From NCBI GenBank assembly GCA_964439415.1, contig CAYTOJ010000001.1, forward strand, positions 3,680 to 38,009: a stretch of 34,330 nt of DNA, in the 5' to 3' direction. Shown here one piece after another: positions 1 through 8,123 of the stretch. The notes below the pieces were generated by a model, which saw only the letters and a list, made by a program, of their open reading frames with translations, did no database searches and was not told the origin of the DNA. Each line of letters opens with the position of its first letter. Position 1 is the stretch's first letter. The position numbers were made by a program, and so were the translations under genes. This DNA is from an uncultured Rickettsiales bacterium. Its GTDB lineage: Bacteria; Pseudomonadota; Alphaproteobacteria; Rickettsiales; CAZAGG01.

Positions 1-3
1 TTT

Positions 4-1038
4 ATGGAATACAAACACGTCTGCTCCGCCTCCCCTTTCAGCTTTTTCGCCAGATTCAGGCGCAATCATAGGGCGCTGGTATCACTGTGGCTATTGGGCG
101 GAATGTTCATTATATCCCTGTTCGCTGAAATGCTGGCCAATGATAAGCCGATACTGGCAAGTTATAACGGCAGGCTTTTCTTTCCGGTTTTCAAAAATTA
201 TTCTGAAACCGCATTCGGCGGAGATTTTGAAACCGGAGCGGATTATAAAGACCCTTTCCTGGTATCACGCATTGAGGAAAACGGCTGGATGTTCTGGCCA
301 CCGGTAAGATTTTCCTACAGCACGGTCAGCCGTGATCTGGAAGCACCAGCGCCAGCGCCACCCAGCCGCCTGAACTGGCTGGGTACTGATGACCAGTCCC
401 GCGATGTGCTGGCGCGGGCTATTTACGGCTTCCGTATTTCAATTCTTTTTGCGCTGGCTCTGACATTTATCAGCATAAGCTTAGGATTATTTCTGGGCGC
501 GCTACAGGGCTTTTATGGCGGCAAAACCGATTTGGCTCTGCAGCGCCTGACGGAAATATGGGACGGCCTGCCAATGCTGTATATGCTCATAATACTTGCA
601 AGCATAGTGAAACCGGATTTCTGGTGGTTGCTGATGCTGCTCTCCCTGTTCAGCTGGATGGGCATAGCAGCCCTGGCGCGTGGCGAATTCCTGCGGGTGC
701 GCAACTTTGATTATGTGCGCGCTGCCCGCGCTTTAGGTGTATCTGACACTAATATTATGTTCCGGCATATCCTGCCTAACGCCGTTGTATCCTCTCTCAC
801 CTATGCGCCTTTTGTGTTCTGCGGCGCTATTGGCGCTTTAACCTCGCTTGATTTCCTTGGGTTTGGCCTGCCCCCCGGATCACCTTCCCTGGGGGAGATG
901 GTATCACAGGGCAAAAATAATCTGCATGCGCCGTGGCTGGGCTTTACTGCCTTTTTCACCCTGGCAATCACGCTATCACTGGCAATGTTCATAGGTGAGG
1001 GTGTACGGGATGCCCTTGACCCCCGCAAGTACACTTAA
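4..1038 (+). CDS. yejE: ABC importer permease, YejE-like (DppC/OppC family; microcin C/oligopeptide-type transporter)
   Basis: The 344-aa ORF is collinear over its full length with E. coli YejE as I recall it. Shared motifs include NYSE..FGG, NWLGTDD..RDVLAR.IYG.RIS, the EAA-loop RNFDYVRAARALGVSD..I.RHILPNA, PSLGE..GKNNL.APWLG and GEGVRDALDP. It has multiple hydrophobic spans. Confidence 0.9.
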   Translation: MEYKHVCSASPFSFFARFRRNHRALVSLWLLGGMFIISLFAEMLANDKPILASYNGRLFFPVFKNYSETAFGGDFETGADYKDPFLVSRIEENGWMFWPPVRFSYSTVSRDLEAPAPAPPSRLNWLGTDDQSRDVLARAIYGFRISILFALALTFISISLGLFLGALQGFYGGKTDLALQRLTEIWDGLPMLYMLIILASIVKPDFWWLLMLLSLFSWMGIAALARGEFLRVRNFDYVRAARALGVSDTNIMFRHILPNAVVSSLTYAPFVFCGAIGALTSLDFLGFGLPPGSPSLGEMVSQGKNNLHAPWLGFTAFFTLAITLSLAMFIGEGVRDALDPRKYT

Positions 1039-1772
1039 GCAGAGATTTTCGCTGCCCAGCGGGAGTTGATTTTACCTTCATAAATTGCGCGCCCAACGAT
1101 AACGCCGGATATTTTATTATATGGCGGAGTTTTCAGCTTCATTAAATCGTCAGGCGTGGAGACGCCGCCTGATAATATAAGCGGTATGGAAACTCTGCCG
1201 GCCAGTTCCAGAGTCTGGTCAAAATTGGGGCCATTCAACATACCGTCCCGCTCAATATCTGTATGCAGTATTGCGGCAACGCCTGCATCCTCATACGATA
1301 ATGCCAGGTCAATTGCGGAAATACGGGAACCATGCAGCCAGCCATCGGTTGCCACCATGCCATTCTTAGCATCAAGGCCAACTACTATTCTGTCAGGATG
1401 TTTACGGCAGGCCATTTTTACCATTTCAGGGTACTTTACCGCAATTGTTCCCAGTACTACCCTCTCTACCCCCGTATCCAGCCATTCATCTATCTGCTCC
1501 AGGCTTCTCATTCCACCACCCAGTTGCAGCTTTATTTTGCCTACATCCAGCATTTCCTGGATGATTCTTTTGTTCACCGGGCGACCCTGCATGGCACCAT
1601 CCAGATCAACCACATGCAGCCAGGTGTGGCCATCGTTAAAAAAATCCCGTGCCTGCTCAACCGGGGATTCGTTGAACACGGTAGCTTTGTCAAAATCGCC
1701 TTGCAGCAGGCGCACCGCCTTACCGCCCTTTATGTCGATAGCCGGATATACTGTCAGTCCGTTTGATGCCAT
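1035..1772 (-). CDS. hisA: ProFAR isomerase (1-(5-phosphoribosyl)-5-[(5-phosphoribosylamino)methylideneamino]imidazole-4-carboxamide isomerase)
   Basis: 245-aa ORF with HisA hallmarks: YPAIDIKGGKAVRLLQGD, LHVVDLDGA, LQLGGGMRS and GVIVGRAIYEG. Confidence 0.93.
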   Translation of the reverse strand: MASNGLTVYPAIDIKGGKAVRLLQGDFDKATVFNESPVEQARDFFNDGHTWLHVVDLDGAMQGRPVNKRIIQEMLDVGKIKLQLGGGMRSLEQIDEWLDTGVERVVLGTIAVKYPEMVKMACRKHPDRIVVGLDAKNGMVATDGWLHGSRISAIDLALSYEDAGVAAILHTDIERDGMLNGPNFDQTLELAGRVSIPLILSGGVSTPDDLMKLKTPPYNKISGVIVGRAIYEGKINSRWAAKISA

Positions 1773-1794
1773 ATTATTTACCAGGTTAGGTGTT

Positions 1795-1829
1795 TATACC
1801 CATCGCACTTCAAGAGTGCGATAGGTATA
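1795..1829. repeat. Palindromic intergenic element, family A copy 1 (14-bp arms, loop TTCAAGA)
   Basis: Sequence is TATACCCATCGCAC-TTCAAGA-GTGCGATAGGTATA with one arm mismatch, followed by TCTTTTATTTTTT. It is nearly identical to the copy at 22820-22855. Confidence 0.75.
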
Positions 1830-1865
1830 TCTTTTATTTTTTCGCAAACTTGAGAGCGGCAAACT

Positions 1866-3698
1866 TTACTTTTTGCCAAGGAATTCATCCACTTTGCTAT
1901 TTCGATTAGTATCTATCCACCAGGTATCGGTAAAACCTAAATCATATTTTGGCATAACGTCCGGCCTGCCGAATCTATCCCAGTAGGCCACGCGGTACAT
2001 GCCAGAATGCCAGTTGGGAACTACATAATGATTCCACAGCAGCACCCGATCCAGCGCAGAGACGGTTGCTACCAGGTCGTCATAACTCTCCACCGCCAGA
2101 AGTTTCTCCACCAGTTCATCCACCACCGGATTTTTAATGCCGATTATATTACGGCTGCCCCTGGTATCCGCCGCCTGGGATGTCCAGTAATCTATCTGCT
2201 CATTCCCGGGGGACATGGACTGCGGAAACACATTCACCATCATGTCGAAATCGAAGCTCTCTTTACGCTTCTGATACTGGGCGCTATCCACCAGCCGCAC
2301 ATGGGCTTTAATGCCAAGCCGTTCCAGGTTTTTGATGTAACCTGAAAATACACGCTCGAAGGATGCTGTTTCAATCAGGAATTCAATTTCAAAGGGTTTG
2401 TCATCAGTGCCTTTTAAAATGTTATTCTCCAGCTTCCAGCCAGCCTCCATCAGTAGTTGCTTAGCTTTGAGAAGATTATCTCGGCTGTTGCCGCTGCCAT
2501 CATTCTTTGGTGGGTTATATTCAGTGGTAAAAACCTCAGGTGGCAGCTTATCCTTGTATTTATTTAAAATCTCCAGTTCCCGCCCCTGTGGTATGCCTTT
2601 GGATTCAAAAGCTGAATTGCCGAAATAACTGCGGTTGCGTTTGTACAGGCTGTAAAACAGGTTCTTGTTAGCCCATTCGTAATCAAAGGCGTAATTTAAA
2701 GCTTCCCGGGTTTTAGGGTTTTTGAACTTTTCCCGCCGGAGATTAAACACGAAGCCCTGCATTCCGCTGGGGTTTTCATGTTTGAACTCGCCTTTCTTCA
2801 GTACTTCAGCTTTCACTGCCGGGGAATCATAGGCGGTGGACCACATGCGGGCGATGTTCTCCAGCCGCATATCGTATCTTCCGGCTTTCAGTGCCTGCAC
2901 CGCCACAGTCTCGTCACGGTAATAATCAAAAACCATTCGCTCGAAATTATAGCGGCCACGGTTTATGGGCAAATCCTTGCCCCAGTAATCCTCGCGCCGC
3001 TTGTAAGTGATGGAGGCTGGCGGTTGGGTCTTCTCCACCACATATGGCCCGCTGCCGATAATGGGGGTAAGCGTGGTTTTATCAAATTCATTAGCGGTGA
3101 AAAACGCCTTGGAGATAATCGGCAATGACGCGCCGACTATTATAGGCAGTTCCTTATTGGTAGTGTTGGCGAAGGTGAATTTCACTTCCTCAGCGGAAAG
3201 CTTTTCACAGGTTTTTACATCCCGCAGCAGCATCCGGTAATTGGGGTGGCCTTTGCTTTTGAGTGTATCAAAGCTGAAAATTACATCCTCAACGGTAACT
3301 GGCTTGCCATCGCTCCACTTCGCCTCCGGGCGGAGTTTGAATTTCACCCAGGATTTATCATCCGCCACTTCCACGCTGGAAGCCAGCAGGCCGTAAGCTG
3401 AAAAAGGCTCATCCTTGGAGTTTTGCAACAGAGTTTCAAATATATATTCCGAGCCTACCGCGCTGATACCTTTAAGAACGAAAGGATTCAGATTATCAAA
3501 AGTGCCAATCATGGAAAGGCGCACTGTACCTGCCCTGGGCGCGCCTGGGTTTACATACTCAAAATTCTTGAAATTAGTGGGGTATTTAAGCTCGCCGTAA
3601 GTTGCAAAACCATGCATGGGCGTAGATGCATAACCTGTTGATGATAATAGAGCAAATCCAATTACAGCCGCTGCCCGCGTCAACTTTAAAATCACCAT
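1866..3698 (-). CDS. yejA: ABC transporter periplasmic substrate-binding protein, family 5 (YejA-like)
   Basis: 610-aa ORF with an N-terminal signal peptide (AAVIGFALLSSTGYAS). Length and sequence are typical of YejA/OppA-class SBPs (RPEAKWSDGKPVT.EDV.FS, GSGPY, DYW). Confidence 0.87.
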   Translation of the reverse strand: MVILKLTRAAAVIGFALLSSTGYASTPMHGFATYGELKYPTNFKNFEYVNPGAPRAGTVRLSMIGTFDNLNPFVLKGISAVGSEYIFETLLQNSKDEPFSAYGLLASSVEVADDKSWVKFKLRPEAKWSDGKPVTVEDVIFSFDTLKSKGHPNYRMLLRDVKTCEKLSAEEVKFTFANTTNKELPIIVGASLPIISKAFFTANEFDKTTLTPIIGSGPYVVEKTQPPASITYKRREDYWGKDLPINRGRYNFERMVFDYYRDETVAVQALKAGRYDMRLENIARMWSTAYDSPAVKAEVLKKGEFKHENPSGMQGFVFNLRREKFKNPKTREALNYAFDYEWANKNLFYSLYKRNRSYFGNSAFESKGIPQGRELEILNKYKDKLPPEVFTTEYNPPKNDGSGNSRDNLLKAKQLLMEAGWKLENNILKGTDDKPFEIEFLIETASFERVFSGYIKNLERLGIKAHVRLVDSAQYQKRKESFDFDMMVNVFPQSMSPGNEQIDYWTSQAADTRGSRNIIGIKNPVVDELVEKLLAVESYDDLVATVSALDRVLLWNHYVVPNWHSGMYRVAYWDRFGRPDVMPKYDLGFTDTWWIDTNRNSKVDEFLGKK

Positions 3699-3729
3699 CC
3701 CACCCCTGCTTTGTAATTTCCTGCCTGAA

Positions 3730-3813
3730 TATACCTAAAACACTTGAAGAGTGTTCTGGGTATAGATGAAGTTCTCGGTGTACCTAATGCACTCTTGAAG
3801 TGCGATAGGTATA
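3730..3813. repeat. Two adjacent degenerate family-A palindromes (3730-3764 and 3778-3813)
   Basis: The copies are TATACCTAAAACAC-TTGAAGA-GTGTTCTGGGTATA and GTGTACCTAATGCAC-TCTTGAA-GTGCGATAGGTATA. The loop of the second copy is the reverse complement of the loop in the 1795 and 22820 copies. Confidence 0.6.
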
Positions 3814-3984
3814 GGTTAAATCCACACTTCTTCATACGCGAGCAGTATAATAATGCAAATCTTATCCATATATACAATACTGCATGATGGACTGGATAAA
3901 AACCAGGGCTATTAGTAATTCAGAATCCAAGTGTTTCTCTGCTTTCTTCATAATTTTTTTACGAATGGACTATAAGTTCCGGCT

Positions 3985-5943
3985 GTGAACCTGAATAAAA
4001 AAACAATACCCCGGTTTCGCAGTCTGCCGTTAGCTCTAACGGTTGCGGTGTCATGCATGGCGCTGTCTGCCTGCGACTACCTGATACGCCCGGAAAAAGT
4101 TGACCCTAAGCTGGGTTTGGATAAGCAGGATTATGAGGAACTGAACTCACGCAGAATTGCAGATGCTGCCAGGATTCGGGATGAATCAGCCAGAGCTGAT
4201 AAAAACATCCCCCCCATACCAGGGCTGAGTACTGGTATATCAAGCCCGCCGCCGCCGAAGATTGGGGAGGATGTAATAGTCTCCCTGGCGGTGACGGATG
4301 ATGTACCCCTGCGTGATGTACTGGTGGAGCTTACCCGCCTGGCGGGAATTGACCTGGAGATGGGACAGGGAATTAAGGGCGGCGTTATCTTCAAAGCGCA
4401 GAATCGGCCTTTAAGTGAAGTTATAGAGCGCATATGTATGCTTGCAGGTTTGAGATACAGCCTGTCCAAGGGGATATTGAAGGTTGAGGCTGATACGCCG
4501 CTGGTGAAGAACTATACCATAGATTTTCTGAACATAGAGCGGAACGCATCGGGCGGAATTTCGGTCAATACCAATGTGCTATCCGGAGCTGGCGGTGATT
4601 CAGGATCGCTTAATACCGGTTCTAATGAAAGCATAGATACGAAAGTTGAGAGCGACCTGTGGAAAGCTCTGGAGAATACAATCCAGGCGATATTAACCGA
4701 TAATCCCGTGCAGACCAGCAAGGAGAAGCAGAAGCTGAAGCAGGCGGAAGTGGTGGATAAGGTTCAGATGCCAACGGCTGTGTCACCCGCAGCGCTTCAG
4801 GGGATGCCTGCGAATGCGCAAACTGGACAGGTTGTGTCTGAGGCTCCGTTTAACAGTGTTAATGGATCGCCCGCGCCTGTGGCCTCACCTGCTCCGCCGA
4901 GTATAAAGCCTATGCAGGCTGAACTTAGCCCTGCCGCCGGGGGAGATGAAACGCCGGATGCTAAATCTGAGAAATCAGATGCATTTTTTGTGATTAACCG
5001 CCAGGCGGGGATACTGACAGTAAAGGCAACTACGGTTCAGCATAAAAAGATCGCTGATTACCTTGAGAAACTCAGAATTTCCGCATCATCACAGGTATTG
5101 ATTGAGGCTAAGATAGTTGAGGTGACATTAGGCAAGCAGTTTCAATCAGGCATTAACTGGCAGGCGGTTTTCAATGGCAGTACCAATATAGGACTTAATT
5201 TCAGTGATTTTGACCCGGCTACAACCGGTAATCAGATAGCCTTCACATTAAAGCCTGATCTTGGGCTTAACCTGGAGACTGCCGTAAAACTTACCGAGCA
5301 GTTCGGTACTTCGCGCACTCTCTCCAGCCCCAGGCTCACCGCTATGAATAATCAGCAGGCGGTGCTTACCTTCGCTAAAAACCAGGTGTATTTTGAAATC
5401 AAAGTGGTGAGGGAGCAGAATACATCAAATTCAAATAACCAGAGCCTGCTTACCGTGGATAGTACCGCCAAAACAGTACCGATAGGTATTATCCTTAACC
5501 TTCAGCCATCCATAGATGTAGTTAATAATGAAGTCACACTCAGCGTGCGGCCAACATTATCCAGGATTACGGAGTTTGTGGATGATCCATCAGTTGCCTT
5601 CCTGGCCTCACAAAGCAAGGATGTTACCGTTCCGCCGAATAAAATACCGATAGTTGAGGTGCGGGAGATGGACTCAATGCTTAAATTACAAAGCGGCCAG
5701 ATAATGGTAATGGGCGGCCTGATGGAGGATAAAAGCAATAACACTGATAAGGGCGTGCCTGATTTAAGCGACCTCCCCGGAATAGGCGGATTATTTAAAT
5801 CAAAGAACTACTCAAACAGCATGGTTGAACTGGTGATTTTCATCAAGGCGACTATTGTATCGCCCCGTATCGGCAATGTCCATGATGCCGACAGGGGTAT
5901 TTACAAGAGATTCACCAATGATCCAAGACCGCTGAAACTCTAA
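3985..5943 (+). CDS. Outer-membrane secretin lipoprotein (GspD/PilQ/MshL superfamily)
   Basis: 652-aa ORF with a GTG start and a lipoprotein signal with lipobox (ALSAC|D). It has an N-terminal secretin-N-type domain and a P/A-rich linker. The C-terminal secretin core includes LSSPRLTAMNNQQAVL, IPIVEVREMDSMLKLQSGQIMVMGGL, DKGVPDLSDLPGIGGLFKSK and ELVIFIKATIV. Confidence 0.85.
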   Translation: MNLNKKTIPRFRSLPLALTVAVSCMALSACDYLIRPEKVDPKLGLDKQDYEELNSRRIADAARIRDESARADKNIPPIPGLSTGISSPPPPKIGEDVIVSLAVTDDVPLRDVLVELTRLAGIDLEMGQGIKGGVIFKAQNRPLSEVIERICMLAGLRYSLSKGILKVEADTPLVKNYTIDFLNIERNASGGISVNTNVLSGAGGDSGSLNTGSNESIDTKVESDLWKALENTIQAILTDNPVQTSKEKQKLKQAEVVDKVQMPTAVSPAALQGMPANAQTGQVVSEAPFNSVNGSPAPVASPAPPSIKPMQAELSPAAGGDETPDAKSEKSDAFFVINRQAGILTVKATTVQHKKIADYLEKLRISASSQVLIEAKIVEVTLGKQFQSGINWQAVFNGSTNIGLNFSDFDPATTGNQIAFTLKPDLGLNLETAVKLTEQFGTSRTLSSPRLTAMNNQQAVLTFAKNQVYFEIKVVREQNTSNSNNQSLLTVDSTAKTVPIGIILNLQPSIDVVNNEVTLSVRPTLSRITEFVDDPSVAFLASQSKDVTVPPNKIPIVEVREMDSMLKLQSGQIMVMGGLMEDKSNNTDKGVPDLSDLPGIGGLFKSKNYSNSMVELVIFIKATIVSPRIGNVHDADRGIYKRFTNDPRPLKL

Positions 5944-5969
5944 ACTAATTCCTAAGTTGTACTAAAGAC

Positions 5970-6734
5970 ATGATGAGAACTACTATAAAATATGTTTTTC
6001 TTACCGCGATCAGGGACAGGCTATTTTTCGCCATATTCGGCCTTGGTATCGTCAGCTTTCTGATATCCTGCTTTTTTGGTGCAGGTACAGTTACGGAAAT
6101 TCAGGAAACCCGGCTTGCCTTTGCAGCGGGAAGCCTGCGTGTGACGCTGGCGCTGGGTCTGATCGTATTCGTCTGCTTCCATATAAGGCGGATTTTTGAA
6201 AGCCGTGAGCTGGACGTAATCCTGACAAAACCCATGAGCCGCCTGACATTTATAATGTCATACCTCAGCGGCCTGGTATTTGTGGCGTTTCTACTGGCGG
6301 CTTTCGCCTGCCTGCTGATTATGCTGCTTGGCCGCTTCCAGCAGCCTCAGCCAGCTTTATTATGGGGTTTCAGCCTGTTTCTGGAGGGGATGATAGTGTT
6401 ATCCTTCGCGCTGTGTGTATCCCTTATCGTCAAAAGCGCTGTTCTCTCGGTTCTAGGTTCAATCAGTTTCTATTTAATCGCCCGTATGATGGGTTTTTTC
6501 ATGTTCATGGTGCATAACCCCACCATGCAGGGGGGGGCTAAAGGGCTTGGTACTAAGTTCATCAAAGTGGTATCGGTTATTGTGCCACGCTTGGATCAAT
6601 TCGCCCTTTCCGAGTGGCTGGTGTACGGGGTGGATTATAAAGCTGCGCTTACTCTGATAGTTCTTCAGGCTTTTGTTTACATACCTTTTCTTGTTTCAGT
6701 TGGGTATTTTGATTTCAGAAGAAAGCAATTTTAG
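5970..6734 (+). CDS. Polytopic inner-membrane protein, ABC-2-type permease-like
   Basis: 254-aa ORF with about 6 hydrophobic segments. The layout is reminiscent of ABC-2 permeases: N-terminal IRDRLFF, loop ESRELDVILTKPMSRLTFI, C-terminal FDFRRKQF. It starts 26 nt after the secretin stop. Confidence 0.55.
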   Translation: MMRTTIKYVFLTAIRDRLFFAIFGLGIVSFLISCFFGAGTVTEIQETRLAFAAGSLRVTLALGLIVFVCFHIRRIFESRELDVILTKPMSRLTFIMSYLSGLVFVAFLLAAFACLLIMLLGRFQQPQPALLWGFSLFLEGMIVLSFALCVSLIVKSAVLSVLGSISFYLIARMMGFFMFMVHNPTMQGGAKGLGTKFIKVVSVIVPRLDQFALSEWLVYGVDYKAALTLIVLQAFVYIPFLVSVGYFDFRRKQF

Positions 6735-6737
6735 CGT

Positions 6738-7448
6738 ATGAGAAAAAGCTTGCGCAAAGACTGGGCGTTGTTGTTTTTCTTCTCATTGCAGGCTTTTTTC
6801 TGGTGGGAAAACAAAGATGTTATCCCTAAGCTTGCCATAGTCACGCCGCCGCCCACAATGCGCGAGATTTACGGCTTCTCACTGGGTGACAGGCAGTTTT
6901 ATTTCCGCCTGCTGGCATTTGAGATGCAAAGCCTGGGGGATACTTTTGGCCGATCCACCCCGTTGAAGGATTATAACTTCGCATTGCTACAAAAATGGTT
7001 CTTCCGGTTGGATGAGCTGGATTCAAAATCCAACGTGCTGCCGTCATTAGCGAGTTATTATTACAGCAATTCACAGAATCCTGAGGACTGTAAATATCTG
7101 GTGGAATACCTGGAGCAGCACGCAAACAAAAATATAGAGGAAAAATGGTGGTGGCTTGCGCAAGCTGCGTACTTAGCCAATCATAAACTCAAAGATAAAG
7201 AATGGGCGCTACGTATAGCCATAAAGTTGCAGGATCTGAAGCGTAAGGATGTTCCAATCTGGGTGCGCCAGCTTCCGGCCTTTATTTATGAACAGATGGG
7301 CGAGCGTGAACAAGCCATGCGTATCATAGTGGATATTCTGGATCACAAAGAGCTTTATTCAGACGGTGAACTTAACTTCATGCGCTATTTCATTGAAGAC
7401 CGCCTGAAGAAAGAAATTCCGGAAGCATTTATCGAGCCTAAGAAATGA
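6738..7448 (+). CDS. Hypothetical protein, N-terminal hydrophobic anchor plus helical-repeat-like body
   Basis: 236-aa ORF starting 3 nt after the upstream stop, so probably translationally coupled. I recognise no family. It is W/Y/K/E-rich and predicted helical. Confidence 0.6.
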   Translation: MRKSLRKDWALLFFFSLQAFFWWENKDVIPKLAIVTPPPTMREIYGFSLGDRQFYFRLLAFEMQSLGDTFGRSTPLKDYNFALLQKWFFRLDELDSKSNVLPSLASYYYSNSQNPEDCKYLVEYLEQHANKNIEEKWWWLAQAAYLANHKLKDKEWALRIAIKLQDLKRKDVPIWVRQLPAFIYEQMGEREQAMRIIVDILDHKELYSDGELNFMRYFIEDRLKKEIPEAFIEPKK

Positions 7449-7455
7449 CTAGTCG

Positions 7456-7505
7456 CTCCCCAGGTGGTATTGCCTCTCGTATCCCACCCGCAAGCGGTGG
7501 GGGAA
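7456..7505. repeat. Family-B G/C-tract element, short (internally deleted) copy
   Basis: It shares CTCCCCAGGTGGT...ATTGC.T.T..TCCCACC.GC.AG..CGGTGGGGGAA with 21186-21332. It contains the hairpin CCCACC-CGCAAGC-GGTGGG. Confidence 0.55.
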
Positions 7506-7517
7506 TCTACGCAGCGC

Positions 7518-7835
7518 TCATCTCTCCATATCCACTGAGCTTCGAAGGGCAACTGTTTCTGCAACGCTTGCTGCCAATTGTAATCGCCCGTTAGATTTCT
7601 CATTGATCTTCTGAATATGCTCTGGGGAACAAAATGACTTTACTATTGCTCCTAGGATGTGTGCGGTATCAGGATCAGCATCACCCATAATCTCAGCAAT
7701 TGACCCTGTAGCCATGAGCAATCTACGTCTTGCCATGACCCTATCATTATCAGTATGTTCGCCGGTGACAACAGCGTCCAAGGCTTCTATGCGTTTAACA
7801 AGATTAACCACTTTTTTTATTGATGCTGCATCCAT
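7518..7835 (-). CDS. Hypothetical small protein (105 aa)
   Basis: The ORF has AGGA 8 nt upstream of its ATG. I recognise no family, and it is isolated between repeat B and a 290-nt AT-rich spacer. Confidence 0.4.
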   Translation of the reverse strand: MDAASIKKVVNLVKRIEALDAVVTGEHTDNDRVMARRRLLMATGSIAEIMGDADPDTAHILGAIVKSFCSPEHIQKINEKSNGRLQLAASVAETVALRSSVDMER

Positions 7836-8123
7836 TGTTCTATCCTATAGTTTTAGTTCTCGTGCGTATGTTACTTAACCCACAGTGCTAAAGTTAGATG
7901 GAAGCACGTTGTTTTATCAACTCATCTGGATAAGGTGAATTGCCAGAGTAGCAAAGAAATATGAAATAATTAAGACGAATTAATGAAAAAACCGAGTCTG
8001 AAGTCATTTGCATTTAACTTCCCAGGTCAACATAGCAGGTGAGTTACAGGTTATGAACTGATTTGCGATTTGCATTTTCTCCACAGTTAAAATATAGGCA
8101 TTGCTAAACAACAGGAATGATCA

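Noticed and set aside
1035-1038. Convergent genes sharing a TTAA stop/stop overlap (yejE/hisA; also TacT-like/pseudo-receiver at 14482-14485)
   Set aside because: This is real but is a common by-product of genome compaction. TAA read on both strands of TTAA is not evidence of a functional link by itself.
1156-1824. 222-aa plus-strand ORF (and 1332-1766) overlapping hisA
   Set aside because: It is antisense or alternate-frame to a clear hisA. Its S/P/T-rich low-complexity translation is typical of a non-coding frame.
3730-3813. Possible mini-CRISPR from adjacent palindromic repeats (also considered for the 26721-26761 repeat)
   Set aside because: There are only two degenerate copies, 13 nt apart, with no regularly spaced unique spacers. 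The heptamer array has no spacers at all, and no cas genes are in the window.
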